A stretch of DNA of 22,011 bases from Candidatus Fraserbacteria bacterium (GTDB lineage: Bacteria; Bipolaricaulota; Bipolaricaulia; RBG-16-55-9; JANLFV01): the NCBI GenBank assembly GCA_037446135.1, contig JBBIJD010000026.1, forward strand, positions 1 to 22,011, read 5' to 3'. Position numbers and translations under genes: made by a program. The notes below the pieces were generated by a model, which had not been told where the DNA came from, did no database searches, and saw only the letters and a program-made list of their open reading frames with translations. How positions within the stretch are numbered: the stretch's first letter is position 1; the number at the start of each line of letters is the position of its first letter. Of this stretch, positions 17,085 through 22,011 are shown piece after piece.

Positions 17085-17567
17085 ATGCGGAAGGCAGCGG
17101 TTCTGGCTTTGCTTCTGGCCCTCTTGGTTTGCCTCATCCCTCGGCTTTCATGCGTGGGAGTGGCCAAGGGGCTCGGGCTGGGAGTGAAGCTGGCCCTCTA
17201 TCCCCTGGTGGAGTTCGGTTTCGACCAGGCCTTTGGCTTCCTGCGGGTGAGCGACTTCCTCGGCGTAGAGGGGTTGACGGCGATCCTCGAAGGAGGCCTC
17301 GGCTTAGACCTGAGGAGCATCAGCTTGGACGCCAAGCTCCTCTTGACCAGGTTCCCCCTAGACGGTTCGGCCCTCATCCCCTTCACCGGGGGAGGGATCG
17401 CCTTGGAGCTGGGGCCGCTCCACGAGGGCGGCGGGGGGCTCACTCTCATCCCCGAAGGGCTGGCCGGGGTCGAGTTCTCCCTTCCCCCGCTCCTCCTGCT
17501 CGGTGAGTTGCGTGTCCGGAGCCTGAGGGGGATGGCGATCCTCCTCGGCCTGGCGCTCGAATTCTAG
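17085..17567 (+). CDS. Hypothetical exported protein, probable small outer-membrane beta-barrel
   Basis: SD GAGGAG, signal peptide, Gly-rich alternating hydrophobic strands (LGLGVKL, PFTGGGIAL, GLAGVEF) and C-terminal LGLALEF. Confidence 0.7.
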   Translation: MRKAAVLALLLALLVCLIPRLSCVGVAKGLGLGVKLALYPLVEFGFDQAFGFLRVSDFLGVEGLTAILEGGLGLDLRSISLDAKLLLTRFPLDGSALIPFTGGGIALELGPLHEGGGGLTLIPEGLAGVEFSLPPLLLLGELRVRSLRGMAILLGLALEF

Positions 17568-17629
17568 TCTAGATTAGTTCCCTCATCCCCATTCCCAGCG
17601 GGGCCGGGCCATCAGGCCCGGCCCTTTGC

Positions 17630-17657
17630 TTGCTTTCCCTCTCAGCTCAAATATAAT
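17630..17657 (+). promoter_or_regulatory. Sigma70 promoter for hutU
   Basis: TTGCTT-16 nt-TATAAT followed by SD AGGAGG. Confidence 0.7.
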
Positions 17658-17678
17658 GGGGCCAGGAGGAGAGGGATT

Positions 17679-19358
17679 ATGGCGAGAAGCATCTCTGAGG
17701 TTCGGGAGATCCGTGCCCCGCGGGGGACGGAGCTCCAGTGCAAGGGTTGGCTCCAGGAGGCGGCCCTGAGGATGCTGATGAACAACCTCGACCCCGAGGT
17801 GGCCGGCGATCCCGCGAACCTGATCGTCTACGGCGGGACGGGGAAGGCCGCTCGCTCCTGGGAGGACTTCTTTGCGATCGTCGCGGCCCTCAAGGAGCTG
17901 GAGAATGATGAGACCCTGGTGGTCCAATCCGGGAGGCCGGTGGCGATCTTCCGGACCCATGAGGATGCCCCGCGGGTCCTGATCGCCAACGCCCTTTTGG
18001 TCCCGGACTGGGCCACCTGGGAGAAGTTCCGGGAGCTGGAGCGGCTCGGGCTGACGATGTTCGGGCAGATGACCGCCGGGAGCTGGATCTACATCGGGAC
18101 CCAAGGGATCCTGCAGGGGACCTACGAGACCCTGGCGGAGGCGGCGAGACAACACTTCGCTGGGAGGCGCGCCTCCTTGAAGGGGAAGTTCGTCCTCACC
18201 GCCGGGCTTGGGGAGATGGGCGGGGCTCAGCCCCTGGCGATCACCATGAACGAGGGGGTCGGGCTGATCGTAGAGGTCAATCCGGCCAAGATCGAGCGTC
18301 GGCTCAAGACCGGTTATCTCGACACCTGGACCGCCGACCTGGATGAGGCCCTGGAGCTGGTCTTCCGGCACAAGGCCCAGGGAAAGCCCCTCTCGGTCGG
18401 GCTATTGGGGAATGCCGCCGATGTCTACCCCGAGCTAGTCCGGCGCGGGATCGTCCCGGATGTGGTGACCGACCAGACCGCGGCCCACGACGAGCTAAAC
18501 GGCTACGTCCCTGGGGGGATGAGCTACCAGGAGGCCCTCGATCTGAGGAAGGCCGATTCCGACCGCTACATCCGCTTAGCCTACGAGTCGATGGTCCGCC
18601 ATGTCCAGGCGATGATCGAATTCAAGCGGCTTGGAGCAATGGTCTTCGACTACGGGAACAACATCCGCGGCCAGGCGGAGAAAGGGGGGTTGAAGGGCGC
18701 TCTCAGCGCCTTCCCGGGGTTCGTCCAGGCCTTCATCCGACCGATGTTCTGCGAGGGGAAGGGGCCCTTCAGGTGGGTGGCCCTCTCCGGCGATCCAGAG
18801 GACATCTACCGGACTGATGAGGCGATCCTCGAGCTCTTCCCCGAGGACGAGGCCCTCCACCGCTGGATCAGGATGGCCGAGGAGAGGGTCCATTTCCAGG
18901 GGCTCCCGGCGCGGATCTGCTGGCTGGGGTATGGGGAGCGGGCCAAAGCTGGCCTGGCCTTCAATGAGCTGGTGAGGTCTGGAGAGGTGAAGGCCCCGAT
19001 CGTGATCGGGCGGGACCACCTCGACGCGGGGAGCGTGGCCTCGCCTTACCGGGAGACCGAGGGGATGAGAGACGGGAGCGATGCGATCGCCGACTGGCCG
19101 ATCCTGAATGCCCTGCTGAATGCCGTGGCCGGGGCGACTTGGGTGGCGGTCCACCACGGCGGAGGGGTGGGGATCGGGAAGTCGATCCATGCGGGGATGG
19201 TGATCGTGGCCGATGGGACGAAAGAGGCGGCTCGCCGCCTCGAGCGGGTCCTGACGGTCGACCCCGGGCTGGGGGTGGTGCGCCACGCCGATGCCGGCTA
19301 CGAGAAGGCGATCCGAGTGGCCCGTGAGCGCGGGATCAGGATGCCAAGGCTGCTATGA
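17679..19358 (+). CDS. hutU: Urocanate hydratase
   Basis: [75 protein letters not shown] and HHGGGVG. Confidence 0.98.
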   Translation: MARSISEVREIRAPRGTELQCKGWLQEAALRMLMNNLDPEVAGDPANLIVYGGTGKAARSWEDFFAIVAALKELENDETLVVQSGRPVAIFRTHEDAPRVLIANALLVPDWATWEKFRELERLGLTMFGQMTAGSWIYIGTQGILQGTYETLAEAARQHFAGRRASLKGKFVLTAGLGEMGGAQPLAITMNEGVGLIVEVNPAKIERRLKTGYLDTWTADLDEALELVFRHKAQGKPLSVGLLGNAADVYPELVRRGIVPDVVTDQTAAHDELNGYVPGGMSYQEALDLRKADSDRYIRLAYESMVRHVQAMIEFKRLGAMVFDYGNNIRGQAEKGGLKGALSAFPGFVQAFIRPMFCEGKGPFRWVALSGDPEDIYRTDEAILELFPEDEALHRWIRMAEERVHFQGLPARICWLGYGERAKAGLAFNELVRSGEVKAPIVIGRDHLDAGSVASPYRETEGMRDGSDAIADWPILNALLNAVAGATWVAVHHGGGVGIGKSIHAGMVIVADGTKEAARRLERVLTVDPGLGVVRHADAGYEKAIRVARERGIRMPRLL

Positions 19359-20689
19359 CGACATACATGAACAAGCGCGCTCTCTTCACCTTAGTCCTTT
19401 GCCTGCTGGTGCTCTTTTCGCTCGGGCTCGGGCTGACGGCGGGCGCGGTCGAGGTCAAGAGCGAGCAGCCCTCGTCCTCACCTTTGCCTGAAGTCGTGAT
19501 CACCGGCCCGGGCGAGGCGGAGGGCGAGGGGCTTTCGCTCGAGATCTGGCTCGATAAGAAGGCCTATGAGCCCGGGGAGAGGCTGGAGGTCCACTTCAGC
19601 ATCACCAAGGATTGCTATGTCTATATCTATGACATCTCGACTGAAGGGAAAGTGACCCTGCTCTTCCCGAACGCCTTCCAGCCGGAGAACTTCCTCTCAG
19701 CCGGGCGATACTCCATCCCCGATAGGCGCTATAGCCTCGTCGTCGAGGGCTCCCCGGGGCTGGAATACCTCCAGGCCATCGCCAGCACTAAGCCGATCCA
19801 GTCCCTCGTCCTCCCCGAGGGCGCCTCTGAAGAGACTCCTTTCCCCTCGATCGGGGCTGAGCCAGTTGAGCTGAAGCACGACCTAGAGAGGGTAGTCCAG
19901 GGGCTCTCTCCGGGGGAGTGGGCCGCGGCCTGGGCGAGCTTCTATCTCCTCGAGCCGGGGCGGGCCTGGCTCATAGTCACCTCCGAGCCGAGTGGTGCGA
20001 AGGTCTATCTCAATGGGCGGGCCGCGGGTGTCACACCCTTAGCGACGAGCGTCAGGCCGGGGTTCGTGCGGGTCGTCCTGGAGAAGGAGGGCTACCAAAG
20101 CTGGGCAAAGCGGCTCTATCTTGAGAGGAGCGAGGTTGAGGAGCTCGCGGCCCGGCTTGAGGCAACCGTCCTTCTTCCGCCCTCGCCCCCGCCAGAGCCT
20201 GGTGGGGGGAGCGGGGAGTTCCGCTTGCTCGGCTTGGGGTTGAACCTCGGCCTCGACTGGGGGAGCCTGGGGATGGAGGTCAAGCTCCTCTCCTGGTTCT
20301 GGCTGGGGACTGCAGCCCGCTTCACTGGTGAGCGAGTCCCGGAATACTACGAGGTCGAGCCGCCTTTAGCGCCCTGGCCGGACGAGCGGGTCTATAACTC
20401 CGGCCCGGAGATGGAGTTCTACCTGAAGCTGGCCCTGCCACTTCGGAAGGGGCTGGCCCTGGCCCTGGGAGGGGGTCTGGCCGTCCAGGAGCGGGTCCAC
20501 CTCGCCAGCCCTGCCGGGAGGGAAAGCTCTCTCCCCCAGGACATCACGATCAAGCCGAATGGGTATCGGACGAGCGAGAATCACTTCACTGCCCTCGGGG
20601 GGCTTGCCTTCAGGTGGGAGGAGCTCTTCCTCGAGCTCGGCTATCATAGCCGGCGGGGGCTGCTCATCGGCGGTGGGATCGAGTTCTAG
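19355..20689 (+). CDS. Exported protein with DUF4384-like domain, PEGA domain and C-terminal beta-barrel-like region
   Basis: Signal peptide; IWLDK..Y.PGE...[17 protein letters not shown] (DUF4384); [18 protein letters not shown]...KEGY (PEGA); Pro/Gly linker; amphipathic strands ending GGGIEF. Confidence 0.85.
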   Translation: MTTYMNKRALFTLVLCLLVLFSLGLGLTAGAVEVKSEQPSSSPLPEVVITGPGEAEGEGLSLEIWLDKKAYEPGERLEVHFSITKDCYVYIYDISTEGKVTLLFPNAFQPENFLSAGRYSIPDRRYSLVVEGSPGLEYLQAIASTKPIQSLVLPEGASEETPFPSIGAEPVELKHDLERVVQGLSPGEWAAAWASFYLLEPGRAWLIVTSEPSGAKVYLNGRAAGVTPLATSVRPGFVRVVLEKEGYQSWAKRLYLERSEVEELAARLEATVLLPPSPPPEPGGGSGEFRLLGLGLNLGLDWGSLGMEVKLLSWFWLGTAARFTGERVPEYYEVEPPLAPWPDERVYNSGPEMEFYLKLALPLRKGLALALGGGLAVQERVHLASPAGRESSLPQDITIKPNGYRTSENHFTALGGLAFRWEELFLELGYHSRRGLLIGGGIEF

Positions 20690-20693
20690 CTAG

Positions 20694-21791
20694 CTAAACC
20701 GTGCGGAGCTCCTTCGGCGCGCCGCTCAGGACCTCCAGCCCGCCGTCGCGGACGACCGTTAAGTCCTCGATCCGAACCCCGAATTCCCCCACAAGGTAGA
20801 TCCCCGGCTCGATGGTCACGACCATCCCCGGCTCAAGGATGTCCTTCTTCGGATCAGCGAGGGGTGAGAGCCGCGGCCCTTCGTGGATCGCTAGGCCGAC
20901 CCCGTGGCCCAGGCCGTGGCCGAAGGCCTCGCCGAAGCCTGCTCTCTGGATCACCTCTCGGGCTAATTTATCGGCCTTGAGCCCGTTCATCCCGGGCTTG
21001 ATCCCCGAAAGGGCCGCCTCTTGGGCCCGTCGGACCAGCTCATAGATCTCGATCTGCCGCTTCGATGGCCTCCCGATCGCGATCATCCTGGTGAGGTCGG
21101 CGCAGTAGCCCGCGAATCTTGCCCCGATATCGAGCAGGAGGAGCTCTCCCCTCTTGATCTCCCGCTCCCCGGGGGTCGCGTGCGGGAGGGCGCTGTTGCT
21201 CCCCGTGGCGATGATGAAGGGAAAGGCAGGGCCATCGGCACCATTCTCATGCATGAATTTCTCCAGTTCCCAGGCAACCTCTCTCTCGGTCAGGCCCGGC
21301 CGGACGATCTCCAGGGCATGCTCGAAGGCCCGATCGGTCAGCTCGGCGGCCCTCTTGATCAATGAGATCTCCTCCTCTTCCTTCCTCAGCCGGAGCCGCT
21401 CCACCGGCCCCTCGAGGGGGACCAACTCGACTTCGGGGGCCTTCTCCTTGAGGAGGTTGAAGTCGTGGAGGCTGATGGTGTGGGAGTTGAGCCCGAGCCG
21501 CTTTATCCCCAGAGCTTTCAGCTCCTCGCTCAGCCGCTCGGCCCAGTTCCCCTTCAGTTCGCGGATCTGGACCTGGGGTGTCTCGGTCTTGGCCCGCTCA
21601 GTATAGCGCGAATCGGTCAAGAGGAGTTCCTCGGTTTGGGTGATGATCAGGCCCCCGGAGGTCCCGGAGAAGCCGGTAAGATACCGTAGGTTAAGGCTAT
21701 CGGAGCCCTCGATATTGATGATCACGAAGGCCTCGAGCCCCTCATCCCTGATGAGCCGGCGGAGAGCGGCGATCCTTGCCCAGGAGTCCAT
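20694..21791 (-). CDS. Xaa-Pro aminopeptidase/dipeptidase (M24B)
   Basis: NLRYLTGFSG, TDSRY, SALPHA, LLDIGA, YCADLTR, HGLGHGVGLAIHE, TIEPGIY and GVRIED. Confidence 0.95.
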   Translation of the reverse strand: MDSWARIAALRRLIRDEGLEAFVIINIEGSDSLNLRYLTGFSGTSGGLIITQTEELLLTDSRYTERAKTETPQVQIRELKGNWAERLSEELKALGIKRLGLNSHTISLHDFNLLKEKAPEVELVPLEGPVERLRLRKEEEEISLIKRAAELTDRAFEHALEIVRPGLTEREVAWELEKFMHENGADGPAFPFIIATGSNSALPHATPGEREIKRGELLLLDIGARFAGYCADLTRMIAIGRPSKRQIEIYELVRRAQEAALSGIKPGMNGLKADKLAREVIQRAGFGEAFGHGLGHGVGLAIHEGPRLSPLADPKKDILEPGMVVTIEPGIYLVGEFGVRIEDLTVVRDGGLEVLSGAPKELRTV

Positions 21792-21854
21792 TCTCTTCCT
21801 CCTTATTTATCTGGGGCTTACTCAAAGAGCGTGCGAAGCCCTATTCTGGCAGGG

Positions 21855-21884
21855 ATAGTAGCATCGCCCAGGTGAGGGCGTCAA
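21855..21884 (-). promoter_or_regulatory. Sigma70 promoter for the M24 peptidase
   Basis: TTGACG-18 nt-TACTAT with extended TG; SD TAAGGAGG before ATG 21791. Confidence 0.65.
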
Positions 21885-21950
21885 ATCTAGTCTGGTGGAA
21901 GGCCAAATTGCCGCTCGACAGGGGCTTTCGGGCTAAGGTTAGACTGGAGG

Positions 21951-22010
21951 CTAGATGGCCCGGCTCTTCTCCCTCAGCCGCTCCTCGTCCTTGATGATGA
22001 TCCGATAGCG
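21951..22010 (-). CDS. 3' end of a gene entering from the right, possibly another Crp/Fnr regulator
   Basis: Reads RYRIIIKDEERLREKSRAI*, resembling the Crp-family C-terminal 'I.I.D...L' wing (compare RKVTILDKKSLESLA in 7154-7828). Only 19 codons are visible. Confidence 0.45.
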   Translation of the reverse strand, partial: RYRIIIKDEERLREKSRAI

Positions 22011-22011
22011 G

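Overview
GC-rich bacterial chromosomal window, mostly housekeeping genes. The coding style and gene set would fit Candidatus Bipolaricaulota/Acetothermia, but that is only an impression. In order: 3' end of mutS; a ~1.6 kb lower-GC scar made of fused remnants (radC N-terminus, a deleted and frameshifted type IIG/IIL restriction-modification gene, a wHTH C-terminus); a secreted hypothetical protein plus an 8-repeat FG-GAP/PQQ-like propeller; a 440-bp intergenic region; a Crp/Fnr regulator, PAS histidine kinase and single-domain response regulator; glnA-nadE-carbon/nitrogen hydrolase; metG, rplU-prp-rpmA-obgE and infC-rpmI-rplT on the minus strand; a probable beta-barrel protein; hutU; a DUF4384/PEGA/beta-barrel protein; an M24 Xaa-Pro peptidase; and the tail of a probable second Crp/Fnr gene. 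The most striking item is in the intergenic region: a candidate ~307-nt structured non-coding RNA (minus strand, ~4768-4462) with its own -10 box, paired 5'/3' ends, an embedded tRNA-like four-way junction, a loop exposing an anti-Shine-Dalgarno sequence and a downstream hairpin. I cannot assign it to a known RNA family. Other notable points: a Prp homologue lacking its catalytic His/Cys next to an L27 with no N-terminal extension, an AUC start for infC, a promoter buried in the obgE 3' end, and a probably leaderless metG.
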